A stretch of 63,386 bases of DNA, counting the filler, from Octopus bimaculoides (lineage: Eukaryota), in the NCBI RefSeq assembly GCF_001194135.2. It is 7 parts of 7 records of this genome, joined end to end, with 100 filler letters (N's around TTAATTAATTAA, not from the genome) between each part and the next. Parts side by side here need not be neighbours in the genome. Positions count along the whole stretch, not along the records: positions 2,398 to 24,071 come from NC_068985.1; positions 24,172 to 26,399 come from NW_026380894.1; 5 more parts are not named here. One strand, given 5' to 3'. A model generated the notes under the pieces. It searched no databases, was not told the DNA's origin, and was given only the letters and a program-made list of their open reading frames with translations. Shown piece by piece: positions 11,338-24,916 of the stretch. How positions within the stretch are numbered: position 1 is the stretch's first letter; every line of letters begins with the position of its first letter. A program made the translations under genes and the position numbers.

Positions 11338-14300
11338 CATCATCATCCTTTAACGTCTGTTTCTCCATCCATGCTGGCATGAGCTAGATGATTTGACTGG
11401 AGCTAAGAAGCTGCACCAGGTTCCAGTCTGATTTGGCTTGGTTTCTATAGCTGGATGCCTTTCCTAACGCCAACCATTTCACAGTGTGTGCTGGGTGCTT
11501 TTAATGTGCCACCAGCATGCTTTTTATGTGACTCTGACACAAGACTTTACACCAGGAGATGTAGCCTTAAAATTTCTTCTATGGAGGACAAATTTTCTTG
11601 AGCACAACAAAGCACCAAGTGTTTTCGTTCTTTGTCTGCTCGTCCAAAAGGTTCAGCGTTCTGAAGTCATCTTTCAGTACTTTGTCCCATGTCTTCCTGG
11701 GTCTCTCTCTTCCACAAATTCTATCCACTTTGAGAGATTGGCACTTCTCTTTGGAGCTGTCAGCATCCATTCACATCATATGACCAAACCAACACAGTCT
11801 TCTCTCTTGCCCACTGCATCAAATTCCTCTTATGTCTAACTTCTCTCTCAATACACTCACACTCTGTTACATGTGTACACTTTACATCTCCTGTGGAGCA
11901 CACTAGCCTCATTTCTCTCTAGCCTTCGCATGTCCTTTGCATTCAAGGCCCATATCTTACTACCATGTAGAATTACTATTCATATGCTTGCATCATACAA
12001 TTTTCCATTCACTCAGAGAGAGAAACCTTTGGTTGCCAACAGAAGTAAAAGCTCTCTGAATTTTATCCACCCTATTCTTATTCTAGCTATTACATACTTT
12101 GTATATCCACCCTGACTACTAATATCCTCCCTGGGTAGCAAAAATTATCTATTACCTCTGAAGAGCCTCTGGAACATTTGAGAAAATCGATTTCCCGAGT
12201 ATCTGTAGTTTTTATGACTCCTGTGCATCTTCCACATATGAACACTACTTTCACTGATAGCCTTCCTATTATTCCACTGCACCTGTTGTGTGTCCATTGA
12301 TTACACTGGGTACACCTTATGAAATTCCTACCTACACCTTTCCTACAAATCAAGCAGGGCCACTTTACCTGAAGTGGGTAGGGTCCCGTCTATTTTCTTG
12401 CTTAATAAGACCTCAGTCTTTGCTAAGTTAATCTTAAGTCCTTTAGATTCCAGGTTTTGCTTCCACACCTGGAATTTCTTTTCTAGCTCTGATATAGAAT
12501 CTGCTTGGAAGGCAAGACTGTCAGCATATAGTAGTCACCAGGAGCCATCAATCTTGAATTCCTCTGTTATGACCTAGAGGACAATGATGAAAAGTAGGGG
12601 ACTGAGGACTGAGCCTTGATGAACCCCTACCTGTACACCGAATTCTTCACTTTACTTGTGGTTAATTCTCACCTTACTGACAGTGCCCTTGAAAATAGGC
12701 TGTTACAGCTTTCACAATCTACTCATCCATTCCTGGCCTCCTCAGAGCCCACCATATCACACAGTGGGGAACTCTGTCGAAGATTTTCTTTAGATCAACA
12801 AATGCCAAGTATAATGGTTTATTCTTGGTTAAATATTTCTGTTGCAATTGCCTGACAATGAAAATAGCATCAATAGTGCTTTTCCCCGGGGCAAAACCAA
12901 ACTGCATTTCATTTAGCTTAACTCTGTTTCTAATTAATTGTACTATAACTCTCTTTGTAATATTCATCCCCTGGTCCAGAAGTTTGATACCCCTATAAAT
13001 GCTTCTAGCTTAGGCATTTCCCTTACCCTTGTAGCAGCTAACAATAATGCTGTTACACCAATCACTGGGTATTATGCCTTCTGGAATAACCTGATTAACT
13101 ATGCTGGTAACTAGTCTGTATCCTACCTTACCAGATATTTGGAGTATCTCAGCAGTGACTCCAGATGGACCAAGGTTCTTCTCTATTATCATATCTTTAA
13201 TTGCCTTATCTATCATACTGCTGTCCACTAAGATAGCTGGTCCCTCAGTTTAGTTCACATGAGAGAGACTCCTTTTATCCCATTCATTCTCAACATTCAA
13301 TAGCTTTGCATAGTAACTCTTCCACATTTTTTTCTTGTCTGAATTCTAAGTGCAAACATACCATTATTCATCCATATACACTTCTCTCCCACAATATCCT
13401 GATTCTCTCTGACACCCTGACTCACAATCTAGAACACCTCATGTCTCTGATCTTCAAGCTGTAGGGCATTGGCAAACCTCTTCCTTTCTGCTTTTACCCT
13501 AGCTAGGTAAGCTGATGTCTCACTTCCCTTTTAGCTTCCTGATATGATTTCTGCTACCCACTCTTTTCCATTCTTTCCAGACCCGTCTCTTCTCTTTCAT
13601 GGCCTTATCGACATCACTGTTCCACTACCATGTCACCCTGGTCTGGAAGAGGCTTTGCTCTCACCACAGTTTGGTCTGTCACCCTCAGTAGATTGTCTCA
13701 TAGGAACTTCCAGTTGTCCTCTGCATCTTATGTCTCTATCTCTTCCTCCTTCTCATCAAAAGCTTCATTAAGAATATCTCTAAATCTCTGCCCATTTGGA
13801 GGATCTTTGAGCTTCCACAACTTCCTTTTCTATATTGGCTTGTGTCACTGAATTCTTCTGGCCCTAAGTCTGAAGTCACTAATCACTACCCTATTCTGCA
13901 TTGTACATTCTTCCTCCAGGAAAGATTTTACATTTACTAGCATACACTTGTCCCTGTGTCTCATGGGAATGTAGTTGATTTAGCTGGTGTGCCTACCAGA
14001 TTGGTAAGTGATCAGATGGTTGGCGGGTTTCCTGAAGTAGGTGTTGCAGACCAATAAGTCATGCGCATCACAAAACTCCATCAGCATTGTGCCCTCCTCA
14101 TTTCTGGAGCCAAAGCTGTAACCTCTATGTACCCCCTGAAATTCATTGAGGTGTCTTCCAACATGTCCATGATGAGTACCTCCTTGTCATTTGTTATCAA
14201 GGTAGTCCTCAGAAGGGAGTCATAGAAATGGTGTTTTTGAGTATTTATGAGTCCAGTGTGTAGAGCATATGCAGAGATAACCGACACTTTTTACATCAAA

Positions 14301-14585
14301 CAAGGCTATTCTTAGCTTAATAATTCTATAATATACTCTGACTACCTCAATTACCTTATCCACCCATTTCTCTGCTACTAGAATATCTGCACCACTTAGA
14401 CTTGTGTGCCTACCCAGAAAAATTTGTATCTATATCTAGCTGAGGCTCCTCTCCATCAAACTTCTTGTACACAGCATGCACCTACATGTCTTTGCTCAAA
14501 CATATCAACTATCTCTCCATACTGACTTTTCGTTGTGCCAACATTGACTGTAGCAACTCTAAAGCTAGCCAGTTTGGAATGTCAA
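11338..14585 (-). mobile_element. Near full-length degenerate RTE-clade LINE (APE endonuclease, RT, Cys-rich insert)
   Basis: APE start FRVATVNVGTTK...CCVQEV; RT motifs GFAPGKSTIDAIFIVRQLQQKYL...LYLAFVDLKKIFDRVP; CRKGVGRNFIRCTQC; (GAT)n 3' tail at 11338. Confidence 0.9.
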
Positions 14586-14599
14586 CACATTAATGGCAT

Positions 14600-16000
14600 T
14601 CTGTAGAAAGTCAGCCTCTTGTACTAGTATCCAAATATTAATCTTGGCATTCTGAGTTTATGCTTTAGTCATACTTTGGAGTAATTGGATTTCCTTCAAG
14701 AGGTTGGTGTGAAGAGTTGCTATAGAGTTTTTTTGTTCTTCTTCCTCTCTTTTGGCATAAGATATAAATTTTGTTATTGTGGTTAACCATCAAATATGGC
14801 AGTGCAGTTTTTGATGCTTTCTTCAAGTTTCATTTTCCATCGAGGTTGCTTCTGTTTAGTAATTTTGTTATCCTGTTTGCTGTATATTTCTCTTTGGTGT
14901 TTTTTAAGAATGAGTGCAGCTACATATATGAAGGTGCTAATTGTCCAGTAATTAACATTACATGATTCCATGATCAATAACTTATTGGCATGAGAGTAGT
15001 TACCTTTTCCTTTAATATTGTTAAGAATGGCCTATCACTCATTGATAGTTCAGAAAAAGTTATCATCATCATCATCCTTTAATGTCTGTTTTCCGTACTG
15101 GCATGGATTGGATGGTTTGACCAGAGCTGGCAAGCTGAGGAGCTGCACTAGGTTCTGGTCTGATTTGGCTTGGTTTCTACGACTGGATGTCTTTCCTAAT
15201 GCTAACTACTTTACAGTGTGTCCTGGGTATTTTTAACATGCCACCAGCATGAGTGCTTGTTACATGGTTACTGGTACAAGTGCTTTTTATGTAGCACTGA
15301 AAAGGCCTATCCTCTTCACCAAGGGATGCAGCTTTAACACTTCTTTTGTGGAGGATGGTCTTCTTGAGTGCAGCAAGATGCCAGGTATCTTGATCCTTTG
15401 TCATCTTATCAGAAAAGTTTTTATGAACTGTGGTTTTAAAAACCTTTTTGAGTTGAATATATTCCACAGTCATCTCTTTCATATCAGTTCCACATGGAGA
15501 TATATGAGATGGTGGCAGCAATTTGTTTGCATTATTTTTTATCTCTCTTATGCTAAATTTTGGTCAGTTCTCAGAGAATCAATTTGCATTGTGAAAGTAA
15601 GCCATTTTAATTTTTCTGAAAAAATAATGCTTGTTGCCAAAACTGTTTTGTGCTAGTATGTTTTAAGCCACTTCATATAGCCAAGAGGTGAATCATCATG
15701 GGCTCTTCCAAAGGGCTTAAGCAGATCTTAGTTTAAATGTGAAATCCAAGTAAAGTTGTATTGTCTTAAAGAACTTAAAAGTTTTGTAGTACTGCTTGTG
15801 TTGTTGTTGCTATCAGTACCAGCCATGATCATACACATGGTGTAAATTATATTTTGTAATCCACTTTGAATAACACTACATTGATTAGTAAAAGGTGTTT
15901 CTCTTATTTTTTAACTGAAGGAAAAAGCCAGTTATTGATTTTGGATAGAAGAGTTGAATAATTGAAAAAAAATATGTTCAAAAATTTGTTCTAAATGCTT
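14600..16000 (-). mobile_element. R4/Dong-type LINE N-terminal remnant, interrupted by an RTE-tail copy at about 15058-15400
   Basis: NVNYWTISTFIYVAAL...QPRWKMKLEESIKN resembles the pre-RT region of the neighbouring REL elements. Confidence 0.45.
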
Positions 16001-16049
16001 CTCTAGCCTGCATGTCTGACTTGTGTGTGTGTGTGTGTGTTTTCCTTTC

Positions 16050-17220
16050 CTCTTTTTAATTTAGAGTTAATTTTGACTGGCTTAGTAGCAAGATTGTGAA
16101 AGAAAACAATGTTTTGTTCACTGTTCTTTAAATTTTAAGAAGGTTTTGCAGATTTTTATTACCCATTATATTATGATCATTTATAGTGTATGAATTAAGG
16201 AGTTGCATTCTTTCAGCTGTACTTCGATCCAGGCAGGTTGGTACATGTTCTGCTACCCCAATAACAATAGATATGAAGCTGAAAGTGTATCTTGAGTACT
16301 CCTTATCAATGGTCCACTCCTGCATTTTTCTGACCAAATTGGTATTTAGGAAGCTGATGATTTCCACAAAGCATATTTTTGTTTTGGCTTCTAATCCAAC
16401 AATATCTGACTGGTTGCATTTTTAACTTGGTGACTATTGTAATTTTTAAGCTCCACCAATATTCTTTTGACCCATGTGTCTCAATATAGTCAACTTTGTC
16501 TTTTCTTAACCTGTTCTAGACCATTCTGCCACTGCATCATTCTTCATGGTATTTGGAAGACATTCTCTTGCAGTTGGCAATAATGTGGTTGATGAATTCA
16601 GTCTTGGTTTTACACAGCATACATTTGTTGTCTGTCAATCTTTTCTGCTTTTTATGTTGTGCCAAACACCCTTGTACTACCTTTTCAGTGAACTGGTTCA
16701 TTTTTAAACTTTGTTCTTCTGATGAATAGAATTGATCAATGCTCCTTGGAGAGAGATGTGTATCAGTTCTTACTTCACCTCAAGTCCATTAGCCATCCTA
16801 ATTATGTTGTTGATTCCATAGTCTCAAACTTGGACAAGATAGTTACTGGTCTCTTTCTTCTTCTGCAGATATTGTTTCAGCGCCACATTATGTGCTTTAT
16901 ATGACATAAATACAGATTTAAGACCATGGCCACCATCCTTTTGTGGGAAGTATAGCCTGTTTACATCTTCACTGATGTTAAAATTCCCAGTTACACTGAG
17001 AGGTTGTAAGTTTGTACACCTATCTCATCAAGTTCTTGTAGTGACCAATTCAGAAAGTCAAATGTAGGTATGAGGACAGGCACTGCAAATGTGTTGTGAG
17101 CAATATGCTTATTGTAAGCTGAGAATTCAAGTGACTGTATTTTTTTACCCTCTTGAGGTACTCATTCCTTGTCTTCTTATTGAGAAGGAGAAATTTAGGT
17201 TAGATTGATGCTGAGTTTAG
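16050..17220 (-). mobile_element. R4/Dong-type REL-endonuclease LINE, 3' part
   Basis: FSAYNKHIAHNTFAVPVLIPTF, GNFNISEDVNRLYFPQKDGGHGLKS and C-terminal EIISFLNTN...YTFSFISIVIG. Confidence 0.75.
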
Positions 17221-17699
17221 GGGAAGGTCATTGTGAATATTAAGCTGGGGTCACTCTGTTATGTTAATGGTAAATAAATATATTGTTGCACCCATGCATA
17301 TATTCATTTAGACAGAAAAAAAGTAAAGAATATTTAGGAGTGAGAGTAAGGTTGATTTGCTAAGAGAGAAGAAAGAGAAGGAGATGGGAGATTAAGGTTG
17401 TATTCCCCTGTTATTAGAGGAACATAACAGTTCAAGTTAAATTGGTGGCTTGCTACTTAGCAGTAAAACTACACATTTGCATACTCATGCACATGCACAT
17501 TCATTTACTGTGCACCTATAGTATCCCCATAGGTGTGCTTGTGCATGTACATGACTGCATATCTTCATGCAGAGAGAAAGATTACAGAGTTAAGAAAATA
17601 TAAAGGTAGCTAAAAACAAAATTTCATGTTATAAATACAAAGAAGAGCTTCAAGTGGGGGTCGGGAATGCAGGAGGGTTAGTTATGGAATAATTGGGGA

Positions 17700-19140
17700 G
17701 GGCACTATTATTTGTATCGTAAGAATGTATTACATAACTTGTGTTTGTAATTAAAAATTAGGTTGCTTCATTCATTAATGCAATTATTGCATTGCATAGC
17801 AGATAGGACATCAGTGATGTAGAGATTGCATTTGTTGTTATAACTGTTATATGGTTTGGTATGGGTAATGATGGACCATTTTAAATTGTATAAAACTGAG
17901 TTTTGTTTTAGGTTATGAATGAGCCTAGATAAAGAAGTGCTGTTAGTTTTCACTTGATATTTAAAGCTAGAATAGTGGTTACCAACTCTGACTTTGAAGG
18001 TTGTGCTGCACAAGCCAATATATACATATTTGAAATCTTCTGTGGATACCATGTATTTATATGCAATATGTTCTGTGAGGCATATATTTTCTAAGGGACA
18101 GGTGGTGGGGTGTCTATAGCTGCATAGGATTCTAGAAGGTGTTAAAGTGGAGTTTGCAGAGTTATGATTACCTGGGGTTAACCTGGTGTTATTTGCAGTA
18201 TCTGCAGTGGCTTTAGGATTGGTATTTTTGTGGTGTAGTGAGGGATTATACTGGCAGTGTTAGTTGTGGTAGAGTAGGAGAATTTAATAGATTGGGGATT
18301 GAAGATTTTCTTCAGAGTACTGGACCTAGAGAAATGTTTTTCAAGCAGAGCAAAGGAAAGTTTAGGTACTCTGGTCTGAACATTAAGAGCTAAGTGTGGG
18401 TGAAACCAGATAACATTGCATGTCCTAGACCACTTAGTTTGTTCTAGGGGGTTACCTGAGTATGGCTTGGGGTAGGGAGGTGTGTGCTGGTGTGGGTTTC
18501 AATGGGCTGTGGCAGATTTGGGATCCAGAATCCCAGGGTGAGAGGAGTGCCTATTGGGTTTGCAATTACGGTAAAATTTGGATGGATAGAGGAAGGGAGG
18601 AATACAGGAGATAATTCCGATTCTATCTAAAGGGGCAGATGTATCTGCAGTCTCAGGTTCAGTCGGGAAAGGATCACTCCATATAGGAAGGTATCTAATC
18701 AGATTTTGTTGTAATATTCAGCATAATGCTTGAATATATCTTTACTAGTGGATAGGGATGAGATCCTACAAGACACATTGTCACCAATGGTCTTTAGGAC
18801 AAGGGGGTGGATTTGAGGAAAAGTTAACATAATTAAAGTTCTCCTGGAGTTTATAGTATGGATAGGAGGTGTTGTTTTGTAAATCTAGAGTAACATTTAG
18901 GAAATTAGCAGTTTTAATATTGGAAGTGAAAGAGACACTAAATTCATGTTTTTAAAGAAGTATCTGATTCTGTTCCTAAGTTGTTCTACCTTACAGCTAC
19001 TAGAGTTCAGGATTGCAAACAGAGCATCATCCCTATATAGACCACTGAAAATATTAGGGAATTGGTCCTGGAGACAATGGAGCAGGTAACAACCCACAAA
19101 GTGGGTAACTTGAGCTGAGTCACTTTCTCCCCTTTGGATG
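17700..19140 (-). mobile_element. Penelope-like element, Naiad-type, 5' truncated (RT followed by GIY-YIG)
   Basis: RT DSAQVTHFVG...SGLYRDDALF; linker CSYRHPTTCPLENICL; GIY-YIG YVYIGLCSTTFKVRVGNHYSSF...WSIITHTKPYNSYNNKCNL. Confidence 0.85.
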
Positions 19141-21950
19141 TTGAAGTTTCTCAGTAGTTCAATGTAGGTTTTTTTCTGTTTCATTGATCTTTAGTTTTAT
19201 GTTGACATTCACTGAGCAACTGATTTCCAGTACTGTACATAGTTTCTCCTCCCTTCTCAAATCATTATGTCTAGTTTATTATGTTTGCATTTTATTGAGG
19301 TTTTCACAAGGGTATTCCGCTATTACTCTTTCATGTATATATATATATATATATATATAAGTTCAAAAAAAGGAAAAAGACAAAAAACAATAACAAAAAA
19401 CATGAGCACGTGATACAGATAGTGTTACTAGATGCTCGAGAAAGGAAAGAGAGAGAGTATATATGTGTATATACGCATGTAATACAATTTTTCTGAATTT
19501 TCAGATTTTTTTATATGTTAGGCCACTGGTTTTAAATTGATGTTAATTAAATTAATATTCAATTTATCACCTTCAGTATATNNNNNNNNNNNNNNNNNNN
19601 NNNNNNNNNNNNNNNNNTATATATGAGCAGTTATGGTCTCTACCACATTCATTGTACAGTGCCTTGGATAATAGCATGATGACATTTTCAGACAACTGCT
19701 TATGGTAGTCCACTGTCTCTTTTGTGCATGAAGAATTTGGTAGCTATTTTTATTCCTGGATTGCAAATGTATGTCCTTCAAAGTGAGAGTTAGGGATCCG
19801 GTTGTTGGTCCATGATTATTAATATTGCTGTCATCCTGGAGCTTTCTGCTAACAATTATGTGCATGATCTGCTGTTATGTACTCATCCTTTCATCTAATG
19901 ATTTGTTGCTGTTTGAGCCATACATATTTGAGATTAACAGACTGGGAATATTTCTTGAGGAGCTGCTTTCCAAGTTTCATGAAGTTATGTACCTCATGTA
20001 TGGAAACTTGATCAATAGATGCACTTTGTCACTTGGTGGTTAAAAGCTATTGACAAAGGGTTATGATGTGGTATTCAGAAGCTGTCTGAATTGATGTTTA
20101 ACCTCTGCTTCCTTGTTCTTGTTTTAGGTGTAGGCGGTCTATGTCACTGTTGATGTGAAAATTATTTGTGCTGGTTTGTATCTTTTAGATTTTCACATCA
20201 GTGGTTTGAATCTTATCAAGTAGCCCAAATGTTGGTATAAATACTGGTATTACAAACATTTTATTGTATGCTGAGAGTTCTAAGGTCCATATTTCTCTTA
20301 TCCAGTTGTTGTATTCCTTCGTGATGCATTCCTTGTTACAGGTACCATCGTAAGATATGTTTTTATCTATCCCTAGGTACCTGTAACATTCCTCATCAGA
20401 TACAGGAGAAACATTCAATTCATTGATGGAGATGCTGCTAGTTTGGTTCACAGTTTTCCCTTGTTTCACAACCATATAGGAATATCTATCCTGACCAAGT
20501 TCTAACCCTATATCCTTTGAGAATGTTGTAATGAAGTTAAGGCTCTTTTTCATATCAATCATATCTGTGGCATATAGCTTCAAGTCATCTTCAAAGAGGC
20601 AGTGTGTAATCTTTGTATTTTTTTTCTCTCTGTGAACCAGTATGATACCCTTCAAACTTCCTCAACATGAATGACAAGTGGTTTATTGAAAATATGGACA
20701 GCATTGCAGAGAGACTGTCTCTTTGGAATAGACTTTTGTGATACTATATTTTATCACTCATTGTATTTAACTTAAGATGAAATGAGGTCAGTTACGGCTT
20801 TGACTATGTTCTCTGGAACTTTAGTGAGTCAAAGGGCTACTAGCATCCTTGAATGAGAAACATAGTTAAAAGCTTTCTTATAGTCCAACTATAGGTTCCT
20901 CCTATGCTGCCACACATCTGACATTACAGCTTTATTTATCAGCGATTACTCAGTACATAAATAAAGTTTAAGTTATTTTTTCATGAAATATATCATTGAG
21001 GACATTTTTCACCTGTATTTATCCCTAATAACTGCTGCAGTGCTCATTAAGGTTGTGCCTGGTGTTTATTACAGTGCTAATAGTTGCCTTAGCTTGTAAT
21101 GTAGTCCAGCTAACAGGCAACATAATGTCTGTAGGAATGTCTTTGACTGAAGTCTTCATGGTATTCTAACATTGTTCACACTTTTGTTTATACTGTTTGG
21201 AGTACAATTAGATAAAGTTACATTCATTAACATTCTTCCCGTGTTCAACAAATGTTTGTTGTTGGCATTATATTTTTGCTATAAAATCTTTTACCATTGG
21301 AGGCAGATTGTCCGAGTATGCTTTGCTCTTTTATAATGATTAACAGTTATATAAATCATTATTGAGCTCATAATTCTGAAGAAAATGCATTTTATATTTA
21401 CAGTTTCTTCTATTACTACAGCTAAAGAAAATCGGTTTACTTTTTACAATGTTAATTTCTGTTTTGTAACTGTTGTTGTTGATGCAGCACGTTCAACCAT
21501 GTTATTTGTAGCAACTCTCTGCTTGGTAAATTTAAGTTTCAGACAAAAATTACAACGAACTTGAAATAACAGCACCTTCAGTCAATTCATTTGAAGATTC
21601 AACAGTTATTTAACAGGGTTGATAGTTGTGGATTCAAAATTGGACACAATATTCAAAGTTCTTTTTGATGAATAGTTCATATGTATACATGTATGCCTGC
21701 ATCCATCAATGCTTGCTTTCCTACCCACCTATCTATTTCTCTGTTCATCCATTTTTCATTTGTTTTCTCTTTCTGTTCTATTTTTAATCATTTGAAGCCT
21801 TCCTGTAAGGGAAAGAACTGTTTCTAACAATGGTACAAAGTTCCATGGTTGGAATGTAGGTAACAAAAATAAATTTACATTTTGAACTTGCAAAAAGTCT
21901 TGTATATTTTTACTGTTCTACTTACAAATAGTATTTCTAATGTGTGAGTT
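19140..21950 (-). mobile_element. R4/Dong-type LINE, long degenerate copy (RT, CCHC region, REL), broken by (AT)n and a gap at about 19330-19620
   Basis: IFQRDSLS, THCLFEDDLKLY, YRYLGIDKNISYDG, ISSCLKMSSCYYP, HNKLDIMI...EISCSVNVNIKLKI. Confidence 0.8.
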
Positions 21951-21959
21951 AACTGACTG

Positions 21960-23200
21960 ATTTCTTTTTCTGAAAACTCTAACTTATCCACATTATCACC
22001 TAGGCATTTACTCACAAAACCAAGTACACAAGTTATTCATATAAAGGTGAATTTATAGTCTGAGTATCGAAGTTAGACGTTTCAAAGCAGTTGTCCATAG
22101 TTTTCCTCTTTCTCTTTGATTTTCAAAGAGATATTCCCATTAGCAGAGCAGCTGACCTCCATTATGGTTCATACTTCTCCTTGTCTGTTCAAAACAACAT
22201 CTGGTCTGTTATGTTTGCATTTAGTAGAAGTTTTGGTGGAGAATGTTTAGCCATATTCTCTTTGTTGATGATTATGAATGTATCCGGTAACAATGGGATT
22301 TTCTATATTTATTTCAGGAGCTTTTGTCAGAGAACATTGTATATTGTTTCAGTGACAACATGATGTCACATTGGGAAGTAGTACCTTGATGGCATTTTGG
22401 GGCAGCTATCATGCATAATGTCATTTACAGAAATGTGGTCTCATCAATATTTTTGGTTCCATCTTGGGGCACTAAGGGCTTCTCTTCTTTTTATTAGGTA
22501 TTTGGTAGCAATCTCTTGGTCCTGAATTGCAAACATGTCACCTTTGAAGTGTGATGTGACATAATGGTCATGACTCCAAGAAAGGCTGCACTTCATATCA
22601 ATATTAATGTCATTTTAAAGTCTTTGGGAAACATACCCATGCATTCTCTTTTGGTATGCTGAGTATTTCACATCCAGCTCTTATTTGAAATATTTTAGTC
22701 TTGCTGTTTTGGCACTCTTAGAGGTTGTCAGAAAGAGTATACTTCCTGAAGAGTTCACTGTTGATACATAGATACATAGGAATGTTGTTCTCTTCACTTT
22801 CCATCATTAGGTTTAAATATATATATATATATATATATATATAATTGTTGTTGTTGTTTAGCTGATATTGTCTAAGGGATACTATGTGACATTTGAAGGC
22901 TATCTGCTCTTATCTCAAGACTCTACCTTCATTTCTTCTTATTATCATTGTTTCTGTGGAAATCTCCACTTGATATCAGGATCTTGCAGATTTTAATGTC
23001 TATGGAGTGGATTTCTGCTATAGACCATTCAAGTATCCCAAGTATTGGCATCAACACTGGTTATGCAAATGTATTATGGCACATTGTTTTGTTAGAGGAG
23101 AGTTCTGACTACCATATTTTCTAAGTCTGGTGTCATATTCTCAGTTGACAATTCATTATTCACAATGTCATATGATAAGTTTTCATCAATGCCTGGGTAT
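21960..23200 (-). mobile_element. R4/Dong-type LINE fragment (CCHC and REL domain)
   Basis: MFAIQDQEIATKYLIK, SCPKMPSRYYFPM, KCKHNRPDVV...MEVSCSANGNISLKIK, DYKFTFI. Confidence 0.75.
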
Positions 23201-23212
23201 TAGTAGCATTCT

Positions 23213-23707
23213 TTGTGTGGAACAGAAGAGATAGAGAGACCTTCAATGTATCAGTTTTGGCTTCAATGTATCAGTGGAGTGCTAAGACCACCATCTGAGC
23301 GTAATCGTTGCCAGGGCTGCTTACTGGCCCTCGTGCTGGTGGCACGTAAAAAGCACTATTCGTGCATTATCGTTACCAGCATCTCCTTACTGGCACTTGT
23401 GCTGGTGGTATGTGAAAAACAACATTCAAGCGAGGGCATCGCTAGTGTCGGTGGGACATGCAGGTGGGACGTTAATAGACCATTTGAGCGTGGCTGTTGC
23501 CAGTACTGCCTGACTGACCCTCGTGCCGGTGGCACATAAAAGCACCCACTACACCCTCAGAGTGGTTGGCATTAGGAAGGGCATTCAGCTGTAGAAATTC
23601 TGCCAGATCAGATTGGAGCCTGGTGCAGCCATCTGGCTCACCAGTCCCCAGTCAGATCGTCCAACCCATGCCAGCATGGGAAGCAGACGTTAAACGATGA
23701 TGATGAG
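23213..23707 (+). mobile_element. RTE-tail SINE-like copy with internal repeats
   Basis: ctcgtgctggtggcacgtaaaaagcac repeats and terminal gcagacgttaaacgatgatgatga. Confidence 0.65.
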
Positions 23708-23723
23708 GATATATATATATATA

Positions 23724-24050
23724 GTGAAGGCGTGTGGCTTAGTGGTAAGGGCATTCAGCTCATGATCATAAGGTCGTGAGTTCAATTCCCAGCAATGCGT
23801 TGTGTCCTTGAGCATGACACATTATTTCATATTGCTCCAGTCCACTCAGCTGGCAGAAATGAGTAGTACCTGTATTTCAGAGGGCCAGCCTTGTCACAAT
23901 TTGTGTCATGCTGAATATCCCTGAAAACTGTGTTAAGGGTATATGTGTCTGTGGAATGCTCAATCACTTGCATGTTAATTTCAGGAGGAAGCTGTTCCAT
24001 TTATCATATCAGCTGGGACCCTTGTCATTGTAACCAATGGAGCGCTCCTT
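23724..24050 (+). mobile_element. tRNA-derived SINE (second family)
   Basis: A-box-like tggcttagtgg, B-box-like gagttcaattccc; a reverse copy lies at 59378-59672. Confidence 0.7.
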
Positions 24051-24229
24051 TTTATATATATATATATATATNNNNNNNNNNNNNNNNNNNNNNNNNNNNN
24101 NNNNNNNNNNNNNNNTTAATTAATTAANNNNNNNNNNNNNNNNNNNNNNNNNNNNNNNNNNNNNNNNNNNNTCTTGTTTGTCTCCTCTATGTTTAGCCCC
24201 TTGTGGGCAATACAGAAATATGTATATAT

Positions 24230-24875
24230 GTATTCATTCAGAGACCGAGAAGAATTTTCTACTTTACTCACCAACTATACCAGAAAAAATTAGAAGATAA
24301 AACTTTGATTATAATATCTATTCGTCCAGTGTAGAACATACGTTCCATTACATGAACAGTACCAGAGGGTGTGATCTGTGTGTCTTTGAGAAGTATATTG
24401 CATTGCAATGTTCAATTTGGACAAGGTCAAGAAAATTGTGAATCCTAATAGATGCCTATATCTGTTGAGAATTGTCGATCTGACAATGGGTCCTGTATAT
24501 TAGAACTGATTTTTGATTTCAATACCATTCAATGTAAAACTACATCAACGACAATTCTTTGCACTGCTTATGCAAATACTGTTGCTCATGGTACGGAGAA
24601 GATAAATTGTAATGAGTAGCTGAATACGTGAGGGATTTCGGAAAGCGATCTTTTGGGAAATGACGATTTCATCAACATGGATTGATTTCCTTACGTATTT
24701 ATGTCCTTGCGAATATTTTTTGCTTATATTGTTATGCTTCAACTCTACCTCAGTTGTTTGAAAAATCGGAAACGTAAAAGTTTGATTTATCGTTGAAGAA
24801 TTAGCATCATATGATTTTCCAATAAAATGTACTAAATACGTTATGCATCGAATATTTTCCACTTTTATAAACACA
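24230..24875 (-). mobile_element. Helitron PIF1-like helicase C-terminal remnant
   Basis: Degenerate RQF...IGIY...SQFS.GQ motifs across frames; ORF 24545-24874. Confidence 0.45.
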
Positions 24876-24878
24876 CAG

Positions 24879-24916
<38 letters not shown>

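Noticed and set aside
18897-19184. Apparent REL-Penelope RT fusion ORF
   Set aside because: The first about 15 residues (KKTYIELLRNFN) come from the R4/Dong REL remnant and the rest from a 5'-truncated Naiad; a chance in-frame junction of dead elements. ORF 15177-15521 is a similar chimera.
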